Shown piece by piece: positions 27,053 through 40,037 of a stretch of DNA of 64,000 nt. How positions within the stretch are numbered: the stretch's first letter is position 1; each line of letters begins with the position of its first letter. The translations under genes and the position numbers were made by a program. The stretch lies in assembly GCA_045837725.1 (NCBI GenBank), contig JBEWZL010000202.1:496001-560000 (forward strand), given 5' to 3'. Origin of the DNA: Vermamoeba vermiformis. Taxonomy: Eukaryota. Under the pieces are notes generated by a model that worked only from the letters and a program-made list of their open reading frames with translations, did no database searches and was not told where the DNA came from.

Positions 27053-30000
27053 ATGACGTCTGTTGTTATTAACTACTTTGATCTAATTTCAAACGAGCTC
27101 ATTGCTGAAGTGGTCAACTTCCTCGATCTCGTGTCATTATTTCGTCTGTCTTGCACTTGTAAACAACTATGTGCATTCAAAAATATTTCTAACGAACAAT
27201 GGCGACGATATTATGCCCAGAAGTGGTTTTTGGAGGACACAGAGCTTGCGATCTATCCAAAGTAAGATTCTCTCTCAAATAATATTTCTGGATGCGCTCA
27301 AAATTTAGATTTTTTTTAAAAATACGGTGAATTGCAACTCTAGTCAGTGGATTAATTAATTGTGTTTTTTCAATTCTGATTTTGTTTATTATTACCAAGC
27401 CACAACTGGCAACAACTGTATCAAGACCGTCTTAAATCAGAGAACGACTATTTATTGTGGGTGGAAAACGCAGCGTCGACACAAGTCAAAGCAAATCAGG
27501 TTCAGGAGATCAGCGAAGAAAGCGCTTACACTGCCATACTCGCAGACGTGAAGAAAACTTATAGAGCAGATGCTAGTAAACCAGACACTTATTACGACCC
27601 ACTCGTGGATCCTTGGGCAATTTTAATACAAGCAAATTCGCAGAAGCTCAACCCACCAATCGCAGTTATTAGAGCTTGTCTTCGATCAATTGAAGAGTTT
27701 TTTTACACCCCATGCAAGTATTATTATTAAGCGCGAGGATAGAGGCCTAACTATTCATTTGAAGTTACGCACGGAGACCAACTTCGTGAAGTTGAATCTG
27801 GCCGTTTTGGAATAGCAGTCACCACTATTGCGAAATATGCCGCAGATGATATCACAATACTAACCGAACTAACCTTATTCGAAATGTTTTTCTCTGGTAA
27901 GCAGCTACATCTCAATTCAAAAAAATTAGATCCGTTGTGGCCTATTATTCTGATATTAACTTCATTGTTAGACGATTTCAAAAATTCTCGCCGCAAGATA
28001 CCTATTGGCTTGTTAGGCCTTTTATCCAAGTATTTGGACTTAACGCTCCCCTTGGATGTGCTTATGGTCGTTACACAGCGATTGTGGGAAGCAGCAGGAG
28101 CAAGTAAGTCCACGCCAAGCAATCTCTGCAGCGATTAATTCTTTGTTGGCAGAGATCGAAGAGGAGTTCTTTGTGGGGTTGGAAATCATTCCCAAAACCA
28201 TCAACATACTACTGAAGAGCACTGACAATGAGATCAAACGCAATTGCATGTTCATTCTCACGTGGTTCTCTCCGACTAGTAAGTCTAACAATATTTTAAA
28301 GAGCGTTTATTAAATTGAGTGGTGGATGACTACTGTCATTATACCGTCATCCGAGCATGATGCGGTGCGATCAAAGAGAGTTTATTCGTCGTTAAATTAC
28401 GCTAAATTATAACCCATCGAATTTGTGGCTCTTAACCTTTTTTTTGCTTTTTGCCTCGCTAGTTGGCGTTGAGGCGTAAATATGTGGTACTATGTGAACT
28501 AGATGTGATATATGTATTTGTTTTTTTTTGCTCATTTCCAATGATTGTAGAGCCCGAACATAACAAGTTTTTGGTCAGCGCTCCGTTAATGCACTTTTTG
28601 ATCGGCGAATTGAATGAAGTGCCCGCTGAAGATGTGCGATGGATTCTGCAGCTCTTGGCGACTTTCGGAGAGTATAGTAAGTAATGCCTTATTTGGGGCT
28701 ATCTGTTAACTCACTTCGCGCAATTAGACGGCTCTGTTGTAGATGAAACTCGTCTCGTACATCGGCTCATGGATTTCATCCGTGACAAGTACTGCGACGA
28801 TCACGTGGTACTGCCGTACTTGTTGGGTGCAGCCAGTGATCTCTGTCTCGACAATTCAAGTACGACCAAGCAATGATACTACTCTTTGATGGTTTAACAT
28901 TCTCGTCGTAGATAATGGTTGCATCGAGTTAGCACAAAACGAGTCCGAGGTAGAATATCTCTTGAGTTGGGTCAAACAGTCCGCTGACCCTGACATTCAA
29001 AAGGTGTCACAACACGCACTGAGTGTCATTGACACACTTGCCAGAAATGGTAAGTCAATGGGTATTTCATCGATCTATTATGAAGTTAACAGTCGAATTA
29101 GAAATTGGTGCCGAGCGGCTGTTTGAAATGGGTGCAATCGACAGACTTTTGCCGTTTATCGAAGATCCAACCAACACGCATTTGTTCAAAGAGTTATACG
29201 ATGCACTCAAGCATTTGACTAGTTTTGCAAATGAGAGCGGTAAGTGCCAGGTTATGTACTCATTGAGCCGTTTATTGATTGTTCCAACTTAAGGATTCGG
29301 CGATGAAATCTTTCCGAAGTTATTGAAGTTCAAGGACGCCCTTCTTGACTGCGGTTACACCTCGGGTTCAGAGCCTACACGGGCAGCATGCGACGAGTTC
29401 TGGTTGACATTTTCATGCAGTACGTCTAAGTTTTGAAAAGTGACACGTGTCAAACTAACGTTACTTAGTGACTACGCCCCCACGCGATGTCTCGATCAAG
29501 CTGATTGACAGGGCCATGCCCCTCATTCTTGCAGAGAGTACCAAGATAAGGACGCGAATAGACGCGGTGTTAGTGCTCGCCAACCTCATGGAAAGCGACA
29601 GTACGTACATCATCATTTCCTCGCTGGACTTTAACGCTAATTTTATCATATGTGAAGTTGCTTTGTTCGAAAACAAATCGTTGACGCCACTGTTCGACTA
29701 CTTGGCCGAGTATTTGATTAACTATGATCACGACGCTGAGCTCCGCAAGCAAAGAAGACAGGAAGGCAATATCGATGAAAACACCTTAGAAGAAGATGAT
29801 GACGAGGATGGTAAGAACGTAGTTATATTAATATGAGTGGGTTCGTAAGTTATATTTTCTTCGCGTAGAAGACAAGGAAGATGAAGTCACCGAAAGTCCG
29901 TGGCCATTAAATTTACTCGTGCAGACTGTTCGCTTTGGTAAGTATATTGCCGTATACAATTTCAATGCGTTTCTTAATCCAATTCTATTTGCAGAGTACA

Positions 30001-30562
30001 TCCAGAATAACGCCCTCCAAAACAAAAGGCTCATTAACAAACTGTTCTCCCTGTTTGATGACGAGACATTGGAGTTTGAAGGTCGCTTCTTGGTCGTGTA
30101 TGCATTCAGCTTCTTAGTTCAAAAGCCTGGTAAGTCCGGTCAGTACTCGTTCGAGCACATCTGACGTGTTTGGCTGAGCAGGTTGGGATTCGGCAAAGGG
30201 CTTAAAATGCATAGAAGAATTTGCACTGGATGCCGAATACGATGTTGAATGGAATTTTGTGTTTGGTGACGTTGAGCCGTACTTACATCTGCTCCAAAAA
30301 GAGAATCCACCGCCGTTGGTTATTTTTGGCTCATGGTTCTTGGCTCATATGTCTATACTAGGTAATAACAAAAGATCATACGATGCATTAAGAACAATAA
30401 TCTGATTGAATTTAACGCATAGAGTATGGTCGTCAAACTTTGAAGAAAGATCTCGATCCAGCGGTCATCACGTGGATGAAAACATACCCTCATCCGCGCG
30501 TGCAGCATAATATGACTCATTTCACTCGAAACATGCAGAAAAAGAGTCGAAGAAAACAATAG
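27053..30562 (+). CDS. F-box plus ARM/HEAT-like helical repeat protein, tandem copy A
   Basis: F-box FDLISNELIAEVVNFLDLVSLFRLSCTCKQL, then helical repeats over many short exons; ends ...SRRKQ*. Confidence 0.75.
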
Positions 30563-30723
30563 AATTTTCCGCTTTAAGATAGGGTAGTGTCCGGTTTTAA
30601 TTTTTTTTTTTTTTTTTGTGGGTTATTTCCATGGTGTTTCACGCGTTTGTAAAAGAATGTTTGGCGCTTTTTGTCTTTTTTCCGTTCGTCAATTTCATTC
30701 TTATTATATCTTTAGGACCACAG

Positions 30724-33700
30724 ATGACATCTGTTGATATTAATAACTACTTTGATATTCTTTCAAACGAGCTCATTGCTGAAGTTGTCAACTTCCTCGA
30801 TCTCGTGTCATTATTTCGTCTGTCTGGCACTTGTAAACAACTGTGTGCATTCAAAAATATTTCTAACGAACAATGGCGACGATATTATGCCCAGAAGTGG
30901 TTTTTGGAGGACAAAGAGCTTGCGATCTATCCGAAGTAAGATTCTCTTAAAATATTTCTGGATGCGCTCAAAATTTAGATTTTTTTTTAAAATACGGTGA
31001 ATCGCAAGTCAAGTCATTTCGTGGATTAATTAATCATGTTTTTTTATTCTGATTTTGTTTATTTTCTAGCCACAACTGGCAACAACTGTATCAAGACCGT
31101 CTTAAATCAGAGAACGAATATTTATTGTGGGTGAAAAACGCAGCGTCGGCACAAGTCAAAGCAGATCAAGCTCAGGAGATCAGCGAAGAAGCTTACACTG
31201 CCATACTCGCAGACGTGAAGAAAACTTATCGAGCTACCAGAGCAGATGCTAGTAAACCAGACACTTATTACGACCCACTCGTGGATCCTTGGGCAATTTT
31301 AATACAAGCAAATTCGCAGAAGCTCAACCCACCAATCGCAGTTATTAGAGCTTGTCTTCGATCAATTGACGAGTTTTTTTACACCCCATGTAAGTATTAT
31401 TACTAAGCGCGAGGATAGAGGCCTAACTACTTATTTGAAGTTACGCACGGAGACCAACTTCGCGAAGTTGAATCTGGCCGTTTTGGAATAGCAGTCACCA
31501 CTATTGCGAAATATGCTGCAGATGATGTCACAGTACTAACGGAGCTGACGCTATTCAAAATTTTTTTCTCTGGTAAGCCACTACGTCAATCAATTCAAAA
31601 AACTTTATCAGATCCGTTTGTTGAGGCCTATTATTCTGATATTAACTTCATTGTTAGACGATTTCAAAAATTCTCACCGCAAGATACCTATTGGCTTGTT
31701 AGGCCTTTTATCCAAGTATTTGGACCTTACGCTCCCCTTGGATGTGCTTATGGTCGTTACACAGCGATTGTGGGAAGCAGCAGGAGCAAGTAAGTCCACG
31801 CCAAGCAATCTCTGCAGCAATTAATCCTTTATTCGTAGAAACCGTCGAAGACGAGTTCTTTGTGGGCTTGGAAATCATTCCCAAAATCATCAACATATTA
31901 CTGAAGAGCACTGACGATGATCTCAAACGCAATTGCATGTTCATTCTCACATGGTTCTCTCCGACTAGTAAGTCTAAAAATATTTTAAAGAGAGCTTATT
32001 AAATTGAGTGGTGGATGACTACTGTCATTATACCGTCATCCGAGCACGATGTGCGAGTTGTTTAACTTCAAGATCGGCGCAGGAAGTGCTCGCGTTCTTT
32101 GTTAGTACAGCAAGTAGTGACCCGAAGACGATGTTGCTCTCCATCTCGGGCACGACCACACTAACAAGAATGCACCGCTTCCCGTCCGATCAGCGAAGTT
32201 AAGCTTGTTCAGGCCTTCTTAGTACTGGGGTAGGAGACTACCTGGGAATCGGAGGTGTTGTGCTCTTATCTTTTTACTTTTTACCAACAACCTGTTATTG
32301 TTTTACTATCGTTACCTTTGTTTAGAGCCCGAACACAGGAAACTTTTAGTCAATGCCCCATTTATGCACTATTTGATTGGCGAATTGGATGAAGCACCAG
32401 CAGAAGAAGTCCGATGGATTTTGCAACTTTTGACGACGTTTGGAGAGTGCAGTACGTTTCTTATTTGGTCTAATGACTGTCGATTAACTTCGCGCAATTA
32501 GACGGCTCTGTTGTCAATGAAACTCGTCTCGTACATCTGCTCATGAATTTCATCCGTGGCAAGTACCGCGACGATCATGTGGTGTTGCCCTACTTGTTGA
32601 ACGCTGTCAGCGATCTCTGTCTAGACAATTCAAGTAAGCAGAACACTTCGAATTCAACTTGGCTAACTTTTTTACCACAGATAATTGTTGCACCGAGTTG
32701 GCACAAAGCGAGTCCGACCTAGAATACCTGCTAAGTTTGGTCAAGCATTCCGCTTTAAATGAAGTTAAAAAGGTCTCGCAGTGCGCGCTAAATGCCATCG
32801 ATACCGTCGCCCGAAATGGTAAGTCAAAAAGAATTTCATCCACGTGAATAAAGCTCACGCGCCGAATCAGAAATTGGTGCTGAAAGACTGCTCGAATTGA
32901 ATGCTTTAGATAGACTTTTGCCACTGATTGAAGATACTACCAATGCGTATTTGTTCAAAGAACTGTATTATACACTTAAGTATATGACTAGCTTTGGAAA
33001 TAAGAATGGTAAGAGCAAGGTTATGCTACCGTTTTAAAACTAATAAGCCCTTGAATTAGGACTCGGTGATGAAATCTTTCCGAAGTTATTGAAGTTCAAA
33101 GACGCGCTTTTTGATCGCGGTTACGCATCAGATTCAGACTTTATACGAGCAGCGTGCGACGAGTTCTGGATGACATTTTCATGCAGTACGTCTCTGTACT
33201 TAACAGTGACACGTGTCAAACTAACGCTGCTTAGTGACTACGCCCCCACGCGATGTCTCGCTCAGAATTATAGATCGAGTCATGCCTCTCATTATCGAAG
33301 AAACAACGCGATTACGAACGCGACTAGATGCTGCTATATTGCTCGCTAACCTTATTGAAATCGACAGTAAGATCCGCAAAAAATCGCGTCGTGTCTTCGC
33401 TGGACATCAGCTCTAATATCCTATTCGCAGTTGGTTTGTTTGAAGGCAAGCAGATGGTGCCGTTGTTCAGCTATTTGGCTGAGTATTTGATCACTTTTGA
33501 TCCCGAAAAAGAGCACGCTACGCTCCGCAAACAATGGAAAGAGGAAGATAAAAAAATGAAGAATGTTAACAACGAAGAAGACGAAGAAGACGACGAAGAC
33601 GATGGTAACCATACAACATGTGATATAATTGATTAATAAGTTGACTTGTTCGTAGAAAATGAAGAAGCAGAAGAATTGATATTTGAATGTCCTTGGCCGT

Positions 33701-34354
33701 TGAATTTGCTATCTCAGCTTGCTCGCTTTGGTACGCAGATAGTTTAGTAATATTTTTTTACCTACCATTTGTTAATCGAATTCTTTTTGATCCAGATTAC
33801 ATCCAGAACAACATGATCCACCACGAAAGACTTATTCAGAAGCTGTTTTCCTTGGATGAAGACGAATCATTAGAATTCGAGGGTCGTTTCATGGTCGCTT
33901 ACATATTTAGCTTCTTAGTTGGAATCCCTGGTAAGCTCTGTCATGAATTGCCAGTGCATCTGACTTTCCTCGGATCAGGTTGGGATTCGGCAAAGGCCTT
34001 AGAATGCATTGAAGAATTTGCCCTTGATGCCGAGTACGATGTTGAGTGGAATTTTGTGTTAGCTGCAGTTGAGCCGTATGTGCATTTAGTACGAAAAGAG
34101 AATCCGCTGCCATTAACCATTTTCGGATCGTGGTTCTTGGCTCATATGTCAACACTAGGTAATTACCTAACATCGGTTTTTCGAGTCCCTGTTATCTGAT
34201 CGCTTCTTGCACAGAGTCCGGTCGTCAAACTTTGAAGAAAGATCTCGATCCAGAAGTTGTTACGTGGATGAAAACATACCCTCATCCGCGCGTGCAGCAT
34301 AATATGGCTCACTTCACTCGAAACATGCAGAAAAAGAGTCGAAGAAAACAATAG
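30724..34354 (+). CDS. F-box plus ARM/HEAT-like helical repeat protein, tandem copy B
   Basis: Paralogous to copy A exon by exon, with the same intron positions; ends ...SRRKQ*. Confidence 0.75.
32148..32266 (+). rRNA. 5S rRNA gene, single copy, intronic
   Basis: ~119 nt. Helix I GGGCACGAC/GTTGTGCTC. Conserved CCCGTCCGATC, GAAGTTAAGC (box A), TTAGTACT, CCTGGGAA. T-runs downstream. Confidence 0.93.
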
Positions 34355-34582
34355 GGCGGTAATAAAGACTTCTTTCGACGATGATGTTAGAAGTCAGAGC
34401 TGTGAACGAGGATCTGACGTTGACGTCACTCGAGCACGATCATAATCGGTGCACTATGAATTCCCTTTTGAGCATTGACTCAGCGCCAGCGCTTCACTGG
34501 TCAAACTTTGGTCAAAGCGACAATTTTATGTTTAAAGTAGTTCGAACAAAGGAGAATAATAACAACAGCACCATTTAACACC

Positions 34583-36827
34583 ATGAAAGGAAAAGTCGTA
34601 TATTGGGTCGTATATAGACTCGTAGTCATCGCGCTCTACGCGTTTTTCCAAAAGATCGTAGTTGTGGGTCGAAGCAACATCCCCCGAAAAGGACCCGTTA
34701 TCTTCGCGCCGTAAGATATAAATAATTAAAATATTTTTCTTAATTTTTTTTGCTAATGTTTCCGAATAGGAACCACCCTAACATGCTTCTCGATCCCATC
34801 TGCGTTGGCTCCACTTGTAATCGTATGGATACTCATTTTTGGGCTAAAAGCACCATATTCAAAGGAGCCATGGGCTGGCTATTCCGTCAATTAGGCGCTG
34901 TAAGTTTATTTAACGGATCGGCGTCAAGTCTTTCGTACTTAAACGATCCAGTGCAACCCGAAAAATTATTTGCAATTAACATTGATATAAAACATTATTA
35001 TAAAGTCATGTTTCGAGAATTGCAAAGAAAAGATTGGCCTGAACTGAATTTAATTTTGTTTTCTCCAACAGATTCCAGTTGCACGCCGACAAGACATCAC
35101 CGGCGACCAAAAATATGATCCTCGTGCAAATGATCAATTATTTGAAAGCTCGTACGAAATTTTGCAAGAAGGAGGTACGAACTGAACGAAAGGTTATTCA
35201 CTCATCCGCATCTCGGTACTAATCCGTTCGTTGCAGCTTCATTGTTTATTTTCCCCGAAGGAAAAAGTTACACAGCTTCGCACATTCAAGAGATTAAGAC
35301 AGGTATAAATTTAAGCTACATGAAGAAGCCTACTTAAATTCTCGTTTGCCTTTGGCATATGAGTGAAGGACTAATATGACAATCCTATTATAGGCGCTGC
35401 AAGATTAGTGTTAAATTTGCTGAAAAAGACGGAAGGCAAGGTCGCAGTGCCTATTGTGCCCGTAGGATTGAATTACGTGCAAAAGAACAAGTTTAGAAGC
35501 AATGTGCTGATCAGGTACAGTATTACCAACTATGATATTACCAAATATGGTATCTAACGCACGTGATATAGCTACGGCAAGCCTATTACTGTCACTGCGG
35601 AAGATCTCGACGATCCAAACGCAGCGGAAAAATTGACCCAAAAGCTGCAAGACGCATTAGAACAGCTGACAGTGAATGCGCCTGACTTTGAGACTTTAAT
35701 ACTGATCAATTTGGCGCGGAATATTTACACTACGAATTACTCGCTCACTCTCGAACAACACATCGAATTGACGCAAAGGTAGAGTTGCCTTAATAATAGT
35801 GGCAATGTTATAATCGATATACTTACGTGCTTTGTAACAGATTGGCGACGAGTTACAAAGATCTGAAAGACAAAGATCCGGAGGTCAACGATGTCAAAGA
35901 AAAATTGGCGCAATATCATGCTGCGATCTCAGACTTGCATTTGAAGGTACGATTTTTCCAAACGATGATATCACTGTGATATTAAAGCTTGGTTTAGGAC
36001 AATTTGTTCGCGCAGAAGTTGAGTGCAGCACAGATCTTACGCCTCGTGTTCACACGCTCAACAAAGCTCATGTTCTACGTGCTGTTGTCACTGCCCGGTG
36101 CACTGATACACTTGCCTGCGTATTACCTGGCCAGATTAGGAAACAAACTCAAGGACGCTGTAAGTACAATCGACTTGTCGTGCTAGATTAGTTCAGCTCA
36201 TTATAATATATTATTAGGAAGATGTATCGCAATTCAAGTTCATCGTGCTGTTCTGCGTGACACCGGTGCTATGGGGACTGCTCAGTGGCTTTTCGTTGTG
36301 GTGGTGGGGACTTGGCGCTGCTATTCGAACAGCATTGCGTACGTACATTCGTGTAGTACATAACTGCGATATAACCAGTACTTTAGTGATGCCTCTATTC
36401 GCATGGTTCCACTTATTTGCGCTGCAAGAAGGTGTTTCGGAGGTAAAGCATTGCGTCGTTGTTTTTTTGACTAACGATCGTTCTAGCTGCGAACAGTATC
36501 GTCGCTGATCAGACTCGTTAAAGTGGCGTTTTCAGGCAACAAAACACGAATTCAAGAACTAGTCGACCTTCGTAAAGACATACACGACCGAATTAAGAAA
36601 TTGGTAAGGATCTAACTTAATTATTGTTGGCGGATTGGATCCGTTTTTTCGCACAAACAAGAATAATCTCGAGTGATCTCCCGCTCTAATATCGGCCATA
36701 TATACATGCTAGGTACCTAACGAATTCCATTTAGGCGGACAAGTACTTCCCGAACACTGGCTTCTTAAGTGGTGCTCTACGGACTGATAATGTATTGCGT
36801 GCAAATACCAATGAAAACTTCTTGTAA
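34583..36827 (+). CDS. Glycerol-3-phosphate/PlsC-family acyltransferase (multi-exon)
   Basis: GPVIFAPNHPNMLLD (HX4D motif), FWAKSTIF, LGAIPVARRQD, IFPEGKSY, IKTGAARL, C-terminal TM helices. Last acceptor is uncertain. Confidence 0.88.
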
Positions 36828-36944
36828 ATGAATAAAAATTCGGTGAGGATCGCCTCGTTGTTTTACTCACATGCAAATTTTGGCGCTTTTTTCCGGCAAA
36901 CCATTTCATCGTTATATTTTGTGCACAGTAACACGGTTCTCCAA

Positions 36945-39344
36945 ATGTCTGCCAGGGGAATCAAAAGGAAGGCAACTTCGAGCAGAAAAAAGGAAGCTTC
37001 ATTTGTAAAAAGACACAGATCTGAACAAATTTCGCTCGAAGAGCCAAAGACCGAGCAAGGGGCAGTGAATAAAATAGAAGATAAAATAGAAGATGAAAAT
37101 CATAATGAATTATTGGCCTTTATATCAGCTCTACTGGTTCAACAAAAAATAACAAAAACTCGTCTTGTGCTCAATGTCGTCGAAGCAAAAAATAACTGTA
37201 CAATATTCCATATAATAGCATAGTTAATTAATTATTAATAATTGAATTTTAATTCAGGGTTGAAACTCGCAGCTCGACGATTTTGTTTCGAAGTATGGTG
37301 GCACCCAAATAAGCGAGAAGGCCTTAGAGAAACGGTAAATTCGGAAATAGTGCACCAGCGCAAGTCCTAATATTACTCAGATGATTCACCGAGTTTTGAG
37401 AGACTTGAAAATTCCAAATCTGATGGTTGCTGATCTTGATTTTGCATTCAACGGCATCAATTATCTTCTACGACGAATACATTATGTGGAAATAAGCTTA
37501 TCGGACTATATTCAGAATTTGTAAGTTATTTTGTTGCATCGCTTTGGACCCAACTGTCGATATATATATATATAGAGATCCTTTTTACCAGCGATGCAAA
37601 GATCAATTTAACTATCAAGCATATCAAACACGGAGTCCAATCACTCGATAATTTGCGATGCGCATTATACCCGAGCAGAGACCTGAGCGTAACACACGCT
37701 GGCCTGTTTACAAACTACACCGCTGCAAATACTATCATGATCGTCACTAAGAAACAAATCGAATTCCATTATAAGGTGACTGACGAGTGTGATATGATCA
37801 TATCGACCGAGTACGTAATGTCAAATAGCATTATATTGTTATCTTGCAGACTCAGCCTAATTCAAATTTTAAGGGACAAATTAGGAAAACAGCTGTACTA
37901 CCGCGGTCTTGAAAAAACTTCGCGGAGTTATCCCGTATTCGAATCAATGGCCATAGGTACGACTGCGCATTAATGAGTCAATTCTTACATTAGTTTATTT
38001 TTAGCGGCTGAGCGGATCGGTGCCTCAGCGCAGCTCGCTCAACTCATTCGCGGTATACCTTCTGGAAGATCAAAAATCGTTGATGTTATGAACTGCGATG
38101 GAGAGCAACCACTCGCAGTGCCTCAGGTGAGAAATTATGCAGAAAGGCCAGAATTCAAGCGGCTAGATCCCATCGCTTTCACCGATAAGGTGCTTCAGGA
38201 CATAACAGAAGAGGTGGTCAAACACATCACTTTGTCAGAACGGCCTATCTTTACCGTCAAAGAAGCTCAAAAATGGCGTAAGTAATCGACATAGTAATTA
38301 TTGTTATTATTATGGACAGTGTTGACAATCTGACTTGTAGAGCATCACCTCGAAGACCAAAACGGCAATTGTTTTGAAATAGTTTGGTGCGACAACAAAG
38401 ACCAGGCGCGTATAACAACAGTAAGTTTCATTTAAGGGCGTGACCACCAAGATACAAACGAAGTTAATACAAATGACGTTTAGATGGTGCACAAAATAAT
38501 GCGAGAAGCCAAGGTACCTCATTTGCTCACCGCGGACTTTGGCTTCGAATACAATGACTATTACGTGATTGTACGACAGTACGATCCGAAGGATTAATTC
38601 CGCTCTCGTCCTCAATAAGCACGGCGCATTATCAGCCTATCTTGGAAAGGTGAAAACTCCTATGTCATGACTTATCTAATAATAACAACTATTTATAGGG
38701 TCCCTACAATGACACTGAAAGACGTTCTCAACGGTGTGCAACAGATGGCCGAGTTGTTCGACAGAGTCCTTGTGCCACTCGATGAGTTGTGTGAGTCACG
38801 ACCAGTTGCATTAACAAGCAGAAGCTTTGGCGGATATAACTTGTGGATCCTTCCCGATGATAAGGGTGGATACGACTTCAAATACTTGATCAATTGGTCC
38901 TGTGGTGCAATGAAGCTAGTCGAGTAAGTACGCGCACTTTTAATGACATCACTAATGCTTCATGCAGCGATGGTGTTGGAGTGGCGGTGTACACTAATCG
39001 ATACATCGATGAGCCATCGTTTGGAGTGTTTGGAGCACTGGGAGACGGTACGTATTTCAAACAAATGGACTCATTGTTGTTACACGTGTCATTGTATTTA
39101 CTGATCATTTACAGTTGCGGAGGACCTTGGCTATGTGGACCTGTGCTACGTCATTGGCAGTTTGAATCCTAACGACAAGGAAACATTTGCAAAAGAAGTC
39201 GCTGAAGTCACAAACTTGTTCTTCACGTGTTTATGTACCCTACAATGTGAACTAAACCCTGCTGTGATTATGTTTTCGAATTCTCTTGATGAATGCTCGA
39301 AGATCCTCATCCCCAATGCGATGAGCCACTACATATTCCATTAG
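36945..39344 (+). CDS. Hypothetical multi-exon protein with a basic NLS-like N-terminus
   Basis: Chain of exons separated by short GT-AG introns (MSARGIKRK...RVPTMTLKDV...MSHYIFH*); frame checked only for part of the chain. No family recognised. Confidence 0.55.
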
Positions 39345-39374
39345 CTGACTTGTTATATTAATGTACAAATGCTT

Positions 39375-39600
39375 ACATGTTTGGAGATCTGCCAGTCGCT
39401 CATTAATATTTCCTGTATCGGTATTGTTGCTCTTTGGGCCAAACTGTTCAGTATTATTCGCTCTTGCAGAAGAGTTGCCAAAGTCGCAAATTTTCAGAGC
39501 ATAGGTCTCTCCGTCTTGCACCCAAAGGAGTTGTTTTTCGTGCAAGTCATTGTGCGACAACCGTCATGGATGTTCAACGGAGGGCTCCCTGACCAGAAGG
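39375..39600 (-). pseudogene. Protein-kinase-like fragment
   Basis: HNDLHEKQLL...YALKICDFG resembles kinase subdomains VIb-VII, but an in-frame TGA lies just upstream. Confidence 0.35.
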
Positions 39601-39931
39601 CTCTGATAAATGAAATTTCATAACCGTTACTCAATGCCCACGACCACTTACGTTGTTCATGAGCAACTAATTTAAATAAATTAATTATTTCGAATTTTTT
39701 AAATAAATGTTGAGCTTACTTGGCACTTGCGCGCTTAACATAATTGACTGATAATAGAATATTTAGACATTGATCTCCTGCTTCGCTCTCTGTTTAATGA
39801 TACGTTAATGCATACATTTGTTGGTTAAATCGAGATAGACTTACGCTAACATTAAACAAATAGGAACTAAAACAAGGCGCCGCGTATAAAATGATGCGGA
39901 CTCAAGTCAGGATAACAATTGCAACTGCTTC

Positions 39932-40037
39932 GAAATGACTCTGGAGACACTCTCTAGGGACGTAACGGCAAGCGCGATTGATCAAATCATAAACAACGCG
40001 CTTGAGAGCCCCTAGAAAGTGTGTCGAGAGTCATCTC
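39932..40037 (-). ncRNA. Long imperfect hairpin, pre-miRNA-like
   Basis: ~28-bp lower stem plus a CAAGCGCG/CGCGCTTG upper stem. Plus-strand A-C mismatches become G-U pairs on the minus strand. Confidence 0.45.
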
